Shown here: piece by piece, positions 53,793 through 61,761 of the stretch
Position numbering within the stretch: the stretch's first letter is position 1
Layout: every line of letters begins with the position of its first letter
IMG/VR virus record: IMGVR_UViG_3300007513_000004
Span: 1-64,000 of that record
Reading direction: 5' to 3' (one strand)
Length of the DNA: 64,000 nucleotides
The notes under the pieces: generated by a model
Databases searched by the model: none
Seen by the model: the letters and a program-made list of their open reading frames with translations, nothing else
What the model was told of the DNA's origin: nothing
Position numbers and translations under genes: made by a program

Positions 53793-54959
53793 TTATTGGG
53801 CGCTTGCCCAAAACATATCGCCCTCATACTCTTTCAAGGCTTCGCCCAAATCTTCATCCTCATCGGTCCTTGCGGCTATTGCCTCCTCCATACTTGAGTA
53901 TTGAGGCTCTTGAGGTCTTCCGGTTCCGAAAAGTTCGTTAACATCTTGAGTAGAAATCGGAGAAGGTTGACCCATAGGAACTGCAGAAGGAACCGGAGGC
54001 GGAGGCGGAGCATCTTGGACCATTGCTGCCAAACTTGGAATCTCATCCCACTTCTTCCAGCCAGGCCAGCCTGTTGTCCAGACTAAATGCCTGGCATTAA
54101 TATCTTCTGAAACCTTAGCCGCTATTTCCTCTACGGATAATTTGGCCTGACCGCTTGGGCCATGATAATGCATTGTGGCTGTCTCCGGAATAGGCGGAGG
54201 GGCTGCTCCTTCTGGGGCGGCTCCCTCTGGGGCTGCAACCGCAGCTGCACCTCCGGCGGCCATCACGGCTGCAACAGCATCTTTTTCTGACATTTCTTTT
54301 TCCGCCATAAGCTGAGAAGCCCTTACGGCCTGCTCTTCGGTTAAGCTCTCTCTCTCCATTAAATCTTTAATTTTTTCTGCTGCTTTGTATTGTTCTTCGA
54401 AAATATCAACTAGGACATTCCAAGCATCAACCCATCCATTTTCATTGTCCAGACCGGTCAACATTCTGGTCGCCGCATTGGCTCCCCAGTAATCATAGAT
54501 GTTATCTTGAAAATATTTTTCATCTATTTTAATATTTTCAAAATCTCCTTTCATCATCTTTTTCATTCTTACATCAAAGATTTCTCGAACAAAGGTTCCG
54601 CCTCTCGCCTTCCCGGCCGGAAAAGAACCAGGGCCGTCTATAAGGTCAGCCTGAGTCAAAGTTGTTCTGAAAGATTCCCAAAGATCTCCGGCAGGGGTGG
54701 CCGTTAGGTCTGTTACTCCCATTGTCTCAAAAACAGACATAGCATCTTCGCTTGCTTTGCTGACGCCAACAGCGGCAGTGGTTCCTGCTACGGCTGCGAT
54801 GATAGCTGCCGTCAGGTATGACACTCCAAAAATGGTTGCAGTTATCGGTTCTGCCATTTTTATCAATGCATCTATCTCATCAGATTCTTTCATCAATCTT
54901 CTTGAATCTAATTCGTTTGCAATTTTAACAAGCTGTTCCAAGGAAGCATTGTTTAACAT
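53793..54959 (-). CDS. shared-leader protein with hydrophobic segment and GYF_2 (DUF4339)-like domain
   Basis: EQLVKIANELDSRRLMKESDEIDALIKMA; YHGPSGQAKLSVEEI...LVWTTGWPGWKKWDEIPSL between Pro-rich linkers. Confidence 0.8.
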   Translation of the reverse strand: MLNNASLEQLVKIANELDSRRLMKESDEIDALIKMAEPITATIFGVSYLTAAIIAAVAGTTAAVGVSKASEDAMSVFETMGVTDLTATPAGDLWESFRTTLTQADLIDGPGSFPAGKARGGTFVREIFDVRMKKMMKGDFENIKIDEKYFQDNIYDYWGANAATRMLTGLDNENGWVDAWNVLVDIFEEQYKAAEKIKDLMERESLTEEQAVRASQLMAEKEMSEKDAVAAVMAAGGAAAVAAPEGAAPEGAAPPPIPETATMHYHGPSGQAKLSVEEIAAKVSEDINARHLVWTTGWPGWKKWDEIPSLAAMVQDAPPPPPVPSAVPMGQPSPISTQDVNELFGTGRPQEPQYSSMEEAIAARTDEDEDLGEALKEYEGDMFWASAQ

Positions 54960-55026
54960 GACCTTTGTCTCCTAGTTGTTAACTCAAATATTACCATGTC
55001 CATTTGACTTTACCTTCACCTTTAAT

Positions 55027-55074
55027 CCACTTTATTACCACTTCAACCCACTTTGCTCCACTATTTACCACCAC
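55027..55074 (-). promoter_or_regulatory. five AGTGG/GGTGG direct repeats at 10-11 bp period (MraZ-box-like)
   Basis: CCAC[T/C] on + at 55027, 55038, 55048, 55058, 55068. Confidence 0.7.
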
Positions 55075-55279
55075 ATAGAAATTATGGGCGAGTTTATCTT
55101 TGATAATCAAAGGCAAATAGATGTATAAAGAGGGTCTGTTCTCTGAAATTCCATTTTTATATAAAAAGATGTGTAATAAAAACCAATGATTTTCAATAAA
55201 AAATTAGTGATGAAAAAAGATGCTTATTGAAACGAATAAGAGATTTTTAAAAAACATATAATTTATATAGTGAAACGAA

Positions 55280-55474
55280 TCAATCAAAGCATCCTATTTC
55301 ATCTGCCCTAATTAGTAATTTCATATGCTGATTTGTGGTCAAACCTTTCTTTCCCAGAGAAATATTTTCATAGCTTTGCTCTATCCTTGGAAGAAGTATT
55401 TTGCATTCCGGTTCGCGGGGCGGTTCACAATAACTAATCATTACAAAAAAGAATATAGATAATTTAAAATTCAT
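55280..55474 (-). CDS. small exported/lipoprotein-like protein
   Basis: hydrophobic N-terminus followed by Cys. Confidence 0.55.
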   Translation of the reverse strand: MNFKLSIFFFVMISYCEPPREPECKILLPRIEQSYENISLGKKGLTTNQHMKLLIRADEIGCFD

Positions 55475-55480
55475 TTAAGA

Positions 55481-55948
55481 TTAAACATCTTCGGGGTTTA
55501 TAAGGCTCCATATATCCTGCCATCTTGCGCTGGGCTTTTGATGATCAGGAGGAACAACATCGTAAACCTTTCGGCCTTCCTCTATTTCTTCCATCTGTTC
55601 TGGACTAACCTTTACCACGGATGCTTCGCCAGAATATGTTTCCTCATCATCTAAAACGACTATATGAAAGTTCATATCTCCAGGCGGCTCTTTGTCTAAC
55701 TCGTCTATAGCCTTTTGTATTTCTGGCCAATTTTCTGCAAGATAACTTCTGTATTCCTCTGGAGTTCTACGCCTTTCTGATCGATCTTTCTTCTTTTCTC
55801 TATATTCATCAAGGTCAACTAATTCGCCAAAGCCTTCTGGACTATCCAGTTCTGTCGAAAGCTTTACAAGGGAATCCAAAAGATCCGCTTCTTTCAGAAG
55901 ACCTCTGCTGTCCAGTTCGTTTGCTATTTTAATTAATTCCTTTAACAC
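55481..55948 (-). CDS. shared-leader protein
   Basis: MLKELIKIANELDSRGLLKEADLLDSLVKLS. Confidence 0.85.
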   Translation of the reverse strand: MLKELIKIANELDSRGLLKEADLLDSLVKLSTELDSPEGFGELVDLDEYREKKKDRSERRRTPEEYRSYLAENWPEIQKAIDELDKEPPGDMNFHIVVLDDEETYSGEASVVKVSPEQMEEIEEGRKVYDVVPPDHQKPSARWQDIWSLINPEDV

Positions 55949-56217
55949 TTTAGGCCACTATTTCCTTCCAGCCTTTCTATGATAATTAAGCATCCAAGAT
56001 TGTACCAATCCTTAAAATAATAATAGAAGCCATGCTCCTTTAGGATGCCAAAAACAAGATCTTTCATGCCAGCACTGTTGCCTGTAATAATCTGAATGGG
56101 GAAGTTTTCCAATAAAACAAAATTAGTTACAGCAGTCTCCGCTTGATCATAGTCCATCCCATGTAAATCAAGGGTTTTTATACTATCTTTTCTTTTTTTT
56201 AGTCTTTTTTTTCGCAT
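55942..56217 (-). CDS. Smr-domain protein
   Basis: TLDLHG...IITG.S..MK. Confidence 0.8.
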   Translation of the reverse strand: MRKKRLKKRKDSIKTLDLHGMDYDQAETAVTNFVLLENFPIQIITGNSAGMKDLVFGILKEHGFYYYFKDWYNLGCLIIIERLEGNSGLKC

Positions 56218-56310
56218 ATTCTTCTAACCTTACACAGTTTGATGTTATATTAATATTTTCAAAAACTTACAAGATGGTCATGAAGACTGTCGATACAAAG
56301 GAGCCGTAAT

Positions 56311-56721
56311 ATGTTAGAATTATTACAAAACTTACTAAATCTTGCCGTAGAACTAGGTATGTCTCTATGGGGCTTGTTGATGTTACTTCTTAGCTTTTCA
56401 GCGGAAACACTTCACTTGTTGCATACAGAGATGCCTCGCCTTGAAGGCTTGCTAGCAGGAGTTTTGCTAGCATGGTTGATGGCAAGGCGAAACAAACACC
56501 CACTGCTTCGCGCTTTAAGCGCACCGCTCAAGCTTGTCTTGGACATACTTGACTTAGTGTGGGACCAATGTGTTGAAGTTCTTCAGGATGTATTGGGAAC
56601 AGCAAAGAATTGGGTAAAAGGATCTTTAGGATGGGTTCGCAATAAGGTTGTGGGATTATACAACTGGAATATGAATCTATTAAAAGGACTTCTGTCCAAG
56701 CTTAAGAGAAAGTCAGAATAA
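56311..56721 (+). CDS. membrane protein of unknown function
   Basis: GGAG SD; hydrophobic and amphipathic helices; terminator downstream. Confidence 0.75.
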   Translation: MLELLQNLLNLAVELGMSLWGLLMLLLSFSAETLHLLHTEMPRLEGLLAGVLLAWLMARRNKHPLLRALSAPLKLVLDILDLVWDQCVEVLQDVLGTAKNWVKGSLGWVRNKVVGLYNWNMNLLKGLLSKLKRKSE

Positions 56722-56751
56722 CGATAATAATCATTGTTATTTTGATACTTT

Positions 56752-56777
56752 AAAAGCAAGGCTTCGGCCTTGCTTTT
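56752..56777. terminator. bidirectional intrinsic terminator
   Basis: AAAAGCAAGGC-TTCG-GCCTTGCTTTT. Confidence 0.9.
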
Positions 56778-57182
56778 TTAGTCTTTACTATATTGAGACC
56801 ATATTTCCAATATCTTTATTAAAGATTCCGGCGTTGGTATAAATTGTAACTCTCGAAGCTTTGTAGGATGAACCCATTGATAGTCATCACTCTCCCAGTC
56901 TATCTTGACTTCTCCTTCCCAGTCAAATGATGTAAAGAAATGAATTTCTTTGTCTTCATCTTTAATTATTGTATCTAAATACATTAAAGTTAAAGGGTTT
57001 ACCTTCAGGGATGTTTCTTCAAAGGTTTCTCGAACAGCACATTCTTTAGCCGTCTCTCCCTCATCTGCGCCACCGCCAGGAAAGCACCAGTAGCCCACAA
57101 AGGTCTCCACTGCGGGACTTCTCTTGACAATGAGAATCTCCTCTTTTTCGTTGAAAACAATTATGACACCAGCATAAAGCAT
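56778..57182 (-). CDS. NUDIX hydrolase
   Basis: Nudix box GGGADEGETAKECAVRETFEET. Confidence 0.9.
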   Translation of the reverse strand: MLYAGVIIVFNEKEEILIVKRSPAVETFVGYWCFPGGGADEGETAKECAVRETFEETSLKVNPLTLMYLDTIIKDEDKEIHFFTSFDWEGEVKIDWESDDYQWVHPTKLRELQFIPTPESLIKILEIWSQYSKD

Positions 57183-57213
57183 TTTGATATTCCATTTTAT
57201 ATTATACTATTAA

Positions 57214-57546
57214 TTAGTTTAAAGTTTCTTTAGAATTTGAATGAAAAGATCCCCAGATATTATTTAGCACATCAAGATCTGGAAGCGATTCTCTCCACGC
57301 GTAAAGCTCTTCAATTGCAACTATTGCATTGCGTAGATCTCGTATAATATAAACCAATTCAATCTCAAGACCCCTGAGCCTCTCTTCGGTGCTTGTCAGG
57401 CGAGCTTGCGACTCTTCATCAAGAGGACAGGGCTGTACATCAACGGCTTTATCCCAAAGCTGTTTTAGTCGCTGATAATTACCTTTTGCAGCAATTTTTT
57501 TCACCTGAATCTCCTGCCAATTACATTTACAGTAATAAGAGTTCAA
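57214..57546 (-). CDS. hypothetical coiled-coil protein
   Basis: ORF. Confidence 0.6.
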   Translation of the reverse strand: MNSYYCKCNWQEIQVKKIAAKGNYQRLKQLWDKAVDVQPCPLDEESQARLTSTEERLRGLEIELVYIIRDLRNAIVAIEELYAWRESLPDLDVLNNIWGSFHSNSKETLN

Positions 57547-57669
57547 ATTTGTGTTAAACTATTTTAAGTAGTTAAAATTGCATTATTTATAGGTTTTTCA
57601 ACCATTTTATGATATTATTTACCATCTTTTTCTTTTTTTCTTCCCGCCCCGGGAAGACTCTTGGTCCGC

Positions 57670-57897
57670 TCACGTATCGACCAAATCATGGGTTTCATTT
57701 TCCTGCTCTGTATCTTCAAGCATTTCAGACAGATTTTTAAAATAATATAGCTCATCACCAAGGCTTTGCTCGCAATCTGATTCATCTCTTTCAAGACTAT
57801 GAGATATCTTTTTAATTATAACATCCAAATAATCAGCCTCGACCTGCAAGCCGTTGCTGTCTAAGAAGTCTGCAAGTTTAATTAGTTCACTTATCAT
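57670..57897 (-). CDS. shared-leader protein (short)
   Basis: MISELIKLADFLDSNGLQVEADYLDVIIKKIS. Confidence 0.8.
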   Translation of the reverse strand: MISELIKLADFLDSNGLQVEADYLDVIIKKISHSLERDESDCEQSLGDELYYFKNLSEMLEDTEQENETHDLVDT

Positions 57898-57899
57898 CT

Positions 57900-58934
57900 T
57901 TAGCCTACCAATGTACCTTCTTCTGAAATATTAGTCGATTGCTTGGACTTATCCACAATTGCGGCTTCTTCTTCGTTTAGATTATAATTAGTCATATGAA
58001 TGAGCCTGTCTGGATCAAGCTTAAACGAAGAAGAAGAATCTTCATGCTCTTCAAACAGCGTTGCAATCTCCTCAGTGGTTAGAGGTCGGTTCTCCCTATC
58101 TCCCAAAGCCTCATTTAAAGTACTTAATTCATCTGGCGCTTTAAGCTCTGAGTTGGGTGTCGATAAGAACTCCTTCCCAGCAGAGGTAACTCCCAATACG
58201 GTGATATGCCAATGAGGCCCTGCCTTAGCCCTTTCTTCCTCGGACAGCTCCATTCTCCTTTCGTCAATTGGATCTAATCTGACCAAATTATTCTTTATAA
58301 TATATTGTAGCATTCTAGATATTTCTTCATCACTATTGCTTACAATGCCATAGTCTATAGCTTCCCCATCCTGATGAGAAGATATACCGCCTGCATCTTC
58401 TATTATCTTTGCAGAAATCTCCATCCCCTCTGGTTTGATAGCATAGCGATGCTCCGGAGGTTGCGCATATTCTTCCCATACAGAAATCAAGTCTTGTGCG
58501 ATAGATCCAGCACTAGCATGACAGCTTGCACAGTTGGAGTAAAGATTTGCTATATATTTGCTTCCTGTATTTTCAGTTCCCAAAAGACCATTCGCAACAC
58601 CGTCTGGTCCTCCATTCTTTTTCCACAGCCCAAGCATGGCCTGGACCTGTCTAAGGGGAGGTCTTAACCCACTTGTTACTATAGGTTCTGAAAATCCCAA
58701 CAACTCTGATAGCTTATCCATTATTAGCGCGAAACCTTGGGCTTCCTGAGTGACATTCAAATCAGAACCACTAAAGGAAACCTCTGTATCTTCCCAGTTG
58801 CCAGAGTAAGCTCCGGCTGCTGGTAGACTCATTTTTTCAGAATATTTTTTAATTATTTCATCTAAACAATTAGCTTCGATAATCAAATTTTTATTATCTA
58901 AAAAATCAGCCAACTTTATCAGCCTGCTTAACAT
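57900..58934 (-). CDS. shared-leader protein with peptidase M15/LAS-type domain
   Basis: MLSRLIKLADFLDNK...; TSGLRP, SSHQDGEAID, PHWH. Confidence 0.8.
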   Translation of the reverse strand: MLSRLIKLADFLDNKNLIIEANCLDEIIKKYSEKMSLPAAGAYSGNWEDTEVSFSGSDLNVTQEAQGFALIMDKLSELLGFSEPIVTSGLRPPLRQVQAMLGLWKKNGGPDGVANGLLGTENTGSKYIANLYSNCASCHASAGSIAQDLISVWEEYAQPPEHRYAIKPEGMEISAKIIEDAGGISSHQDGEAIDYGIVSNSDEEISRMLQYIIKNNLVRLDPIDERRMELSEEERAKAGPHWHITVLGVTSAGKEFLSTPNSELKAPDELSTLNEALGDRENRPLTTEEIATLFEEHEDSSSSFKLDPDRLIHMTNYNLNEEEAAIVDKSKQSTNISEEGTLVG

Positions 58935-59539
58935 TAGCTCTCCAAGAGATCCCCTAAGTCAACAGTCTGGTGTGTTGATCGCTCTCTCTTTGACCCACCT
59001 ATTGTTCTCTCAAGCTCTTTTATCGTCGCCCCAGTTTGCGCCATGGCCTCTCGGGCTCTAGCCTCAGCCTCTTGTTGCTTGAGGTCTCCTTGTGCCTTAT
59101 AGGGGTCAAGGTCATCATATTCTGCTTCTTTTTCTGCACCTGCATCAGGAGGAGAGCCTTTCTCCAACACTAGTTCTTTTTTTCCAGAGAAGAAATCTAA
59201 AACAGCTTTGACCGTCGCCGTATGTTCATCGGCACTTAACATGTCCGTTAGTTCGTCAATGTCCGTTTCTGCGTCTTGGCCAAATACGGGAGTTCCGCCG
59301 ACAATCCATCCCGCCACTTTTCGAGCATCGGCCATCTTTGCGTTCTCTCGGGCATAGAAGTTATGCATTTCTTCGCCAGCCTCTGCTCCGGGAGCTTCCA
59401 AAGACTTAGCGTGTTCTTCATGCTCCATCCCCTCGTCTCTTCCCGCTGTCTTTCCCAATAATGAATCAAGATAGTCAGCTTCTTTTCTCAAGCCTTTCTT
59501 GTCCAATTCATTTGCTAGTTTTATAAGTTGTTTAATCAT
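58934..59539 (-). CDS. shared-leader protein
   Basis: MIKQLIKLANELDKKGLRKEADYLDSLLGKTA. Confidence 0.85.
   Translation of the reverse strand: MIKQLIKLANELDKKGLRKEADYLDSLLGKTAGRDEGMEHEEHAKSLEAPGAEAGEEMHNFYARENAKMADARKVAGWIVGGTPVFGQDAETDIDELTDMLSADEHTATVKAVLDFFSGKKELVLEKGSPPDAGAEKEAEYDDLDPYKAQGDLKQQEAEARAREAMAQTGATIKELERTIGGSKRERSTHQTVDLGDLLES
59442..59529. repeat. 88-bp near-identical leader DNA, copy 1
   Basis: one mismatch versus 60364-60451. Confidence 0.9.
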
Positions 59540-59548
59540 TAGTTCACC

Positions 59549-59884
59549 TTATCTATATTTAATAATCTTAAGATTTGAGTAATCACCGCCCCCGCGAGCT
59601 GTGGTGTCGGTGCCAATAAGATTCTTTGGACCTTCAAAATTTTCATAGCTTCCATCAGACGAAGTAAACTTGTAATTGGGAGGCTTTGCATAAGGAGTTG
59701 ACATCAAAGTGCCAATCCTCTTTGCTTTTGGACACGGATCCTCTCCTGGGCATTGATCACTTGTGGTAATATCATCAACCAATGTCCTAGCCGTTTTCTT
59801 AATCACAGCATCAATATAATTGGCCTCTCTATGAAGCCCCTTCCTATCCAAATGTGTTGCTAGCTTTATTAATTCGTTAATCAT
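59549..59884 (-). CDS. shared-leader protein
   Basis: MINELIKLATHLDRKGLHREANYIDAVIKKTA. Confidence 0.85.
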   Translation of the reverse strand: MINELIKLATHLDRKGLHREANYIDAVIKKTARTLVDDITTSDQCPGEDPCPKAKRIGTLMSTPYAKPPNYKFTSSDGSYENFEGPKNLIGTDTTARGGGDYSNLKIIKYR

Positions 59885-60461
59885 TCTGCTCAGGCCCCCA
59901 GTTTGGATCAGTCCACGATGGATGACCAGTCTCTTCCTTGGGCCACACCTTTGCCTTAACTCCAGAAACTGACACAATTAGACCTTCCTGGGAGGCAAAA
60001 TAAGGCAGTCCATCGAGCCACCGACCGTCCGCTCCTCTGTATTTCTTAGATGATTTTCCGACAATCCTATCCCACATTGGGTCAGACCATGGTTTGGAAT
60101 TTCCTTGTGTATCTGTAAACATTATTGTTGACTCCAAAGGCGATGCTCTTCCCTTATATTTTACATCATACAAAGCTTGCGGAAGCTCTACTTTTATTTT
60201 GTCCTCATCTACCCCAAAGTGTGCTGCGCCCAATGGCCGAGCGTTTTTGAAAACGGAGCCAAAAACATTAAAGATAGACATGGGAGAATCAAGTTTGGCA
60301 TTCCCCAGGTCCACAACCTTTGGGTTTGGATGCTTTTTTTCTACGGGGAAGCTCACCCTGGCCCCCGCTGTCTTTCTCAATAATGAATCAAGATAGTCAG
60401 CTTCTTTTCTCAAGCCTTTCTTGTCCAATTCATTTGCTAGTTTTATAAGTTCATTAAGCAT
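59877..60461 (-). CDS. shared-leader protein
   Basis: MLNELIKLANELDKKGLRKEADYLDSLLRKTA. Confidence 0.85.
   Translation of the reverse strand: MLNELIKLANELDKKGLRKEADYLDSLLRKTAGARVSFPVEKKHPNPKVVDLGNAKLDSPMSIFNVFGSVFKNARPLGAAHFGVDEDKIKVELPQALYDVKYKGRASPLESTIMFTDTQGNSKPWSDPMWDRIVGKSSKKYRGADGRWLDGLPYFASQEGLIVSVSGVKAKVWPKEETGHPSWTDPNWGPEQND
60364..60451. repeat. 88-bp near-identical leader DNA, copy 2
   Basis: one mismatch versus 59442-59529. Confidence 0.9.
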
Positions 60462-60924
60462 TTGCGACCCCTCCTGCCGAGTCAGTGTTTGCTGCGGCCA
60501 ATAATCCGAAGCTGGTTCTAAGATTTGCAATAAATGGCTCAACCTCTGCACCGCCATGAAGCCTCCCGGCATCAGACAGCCAATACCCTATGTCATCATC
60601 TGTCAGCGGTGGATTATAATCATCTTTTGCGCTATTAAAAGCAGCTTTTGTTTCTTGAAGAGTAATTAAGGATGCTCCCAAGTCTTTTTCTTTGTAAGAT
60701 ATGTTTCCACCTGCACCCTCAGGTACAATATGGCCTTTTATTATATTCCTTTTAAGCTTAGGAATAACATTTTCACCAACGAAATATTCTATTAATTCAA
60801 GAAAACTCTGTTGCTCATCTGACATGCCGGCGTGCTTTTTAAGCATGTCATCCAAATAATCAGCCTCTTTGCACAAGCCTCTGCTATCCAAAAAGTCCGC
60901 CAATTTTATAAGTTCATTAATCAT
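60454..60924 (-). CDS. shared-leader protein
   Basis: MINELIKLADFLDSRGLCKEADYLDDMLKKHA. Confidence 0.85.
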   Translation of the reverse strand: MINELIKLADFLDSRGLCKEADYLDDMLKKHAGMSDEQQSFLELIEYFVGENVIPKLKRNIIKGHIVPEGAGGNISYKEKDLGASLITLQETKAAFNSAKDDYNPPLTDDDIGYWLSDAGRLHGGAEVEPFIANLRTSFGLLAAANTDSAGGVANA

Positions 60925-60954
60925 TTGATTCTCTATAATAATCCCACTTTGTTT

Positions 60955-61743
60955 TTAAAAATTAGTAGGTATCTCTTCTTCCGGTTCTTCCGCTTCTTCT
61001 TCGGCGCTTGAAGCTCCCTGATTTGGAAGAATCACGGCCCACACAGGACTCTCCGTGCCGCCCCATTGAGACGACTTGGGCACCTCCTGCCCCTCTATGG
61101 TCATACCACCGGGAAAGGCCGAAGCAAGAGCATATAGATCGCCATCATCGCGCACATCCGCAAGACGCTCTTCGACCAAAGCTTTCGTTGCTTCATCAGC
61201 ATACTTGGGGTCATAGTTAGGAACAATTACCGTTGTCTCATCCGTTGAAAAATCTTCAATACTTGCCGACGTTGCAACCTTGGCCACGGGAATGTCCACC
61301 CAATCACCCGCCTCTTGGCTAAACTCTCGCTTATGAGGAGGGCCATCTTGCCTTTCGGCATCGGGCAACTCCATAGCATGTTCATAAGGTTTAACAAGCT
61401 CGTATCCGCCTCCTGGAAACTTTGCGGAATAAAATGGACTGCCGCCAGATTTTAAATCAGCCGTGGACAAGAAATCAAGAATTTGTTGAGGACTTATGTT
61501 TCCGGAGAAGATAGATCCAATGCCAAGCTCTTGGTGCGTTCCGATATGATCAAGAACTTCTTTTCCAACCAATACAACCTTGCCATCGGTTCGATTTACA
61601 AGCGTCACATCTCCAACCTTTTCAAAGGTTGAGTCTCCCATTTCTTCGGCAAACTTTAAGATCACAGCATCCAATCTGTCCGCGAGCTTTAGATGCCCTT
61701 TCTCATCCAGAGTATTTGCAACTTTTATTAATTTATTAAGCAT
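60955..61743 (-). CDS. shared-leader protein
   Basis: MLNKLIKVANTLDEKGHLKLADRLDAVILKFA; AGGAG SD. Confidence 0.85.
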   Translation of the reverse strand: MLNKLIKVANTLDEKGHLKLADRLDAVILKFAEEMGDSTFEKVGDVTLVNRTDGKVVLVGKEVLDHIGTHQELGIGSIFSGNISPQQILDFLSTADLKSGGSPFYSAKFPGGGYELVKPYEHAMELPDAERQDGPPHKREFSQEAGDWVDIPVAKVATSASIEDFSTDETTVIVPNYDPKYADEATKALVEERLADVRDDGDLYALASAFPGGMTIEGQEVPKSSQWGGTESPVWAVILPNQGASSAEEEAEEPEEEIPTNF

Positions 61744-61761
61744 TTATTTTCTCCTTGATTA

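Noticed and set aside
56311-56721. Holin call for the plus-strand membrane protein
   Set aside because: No adjacent endolysin/spanin cassette and no family motif recognised
18555-60572. Longer ORF-track starts (18555, 26410, 34482, 44662, 53538, 59977, 60572)
   Set aside because: Internal starts have SD sequences, match paralogue or leader N-termini, and avoid overlapping promoters or upstream genes
52709-61743. Diversity-generating retroelement behind the leader repeats
   Set aside because: No reverse transcriptase in the window; the repeat is N-terminal and differences are not restricted to adenines
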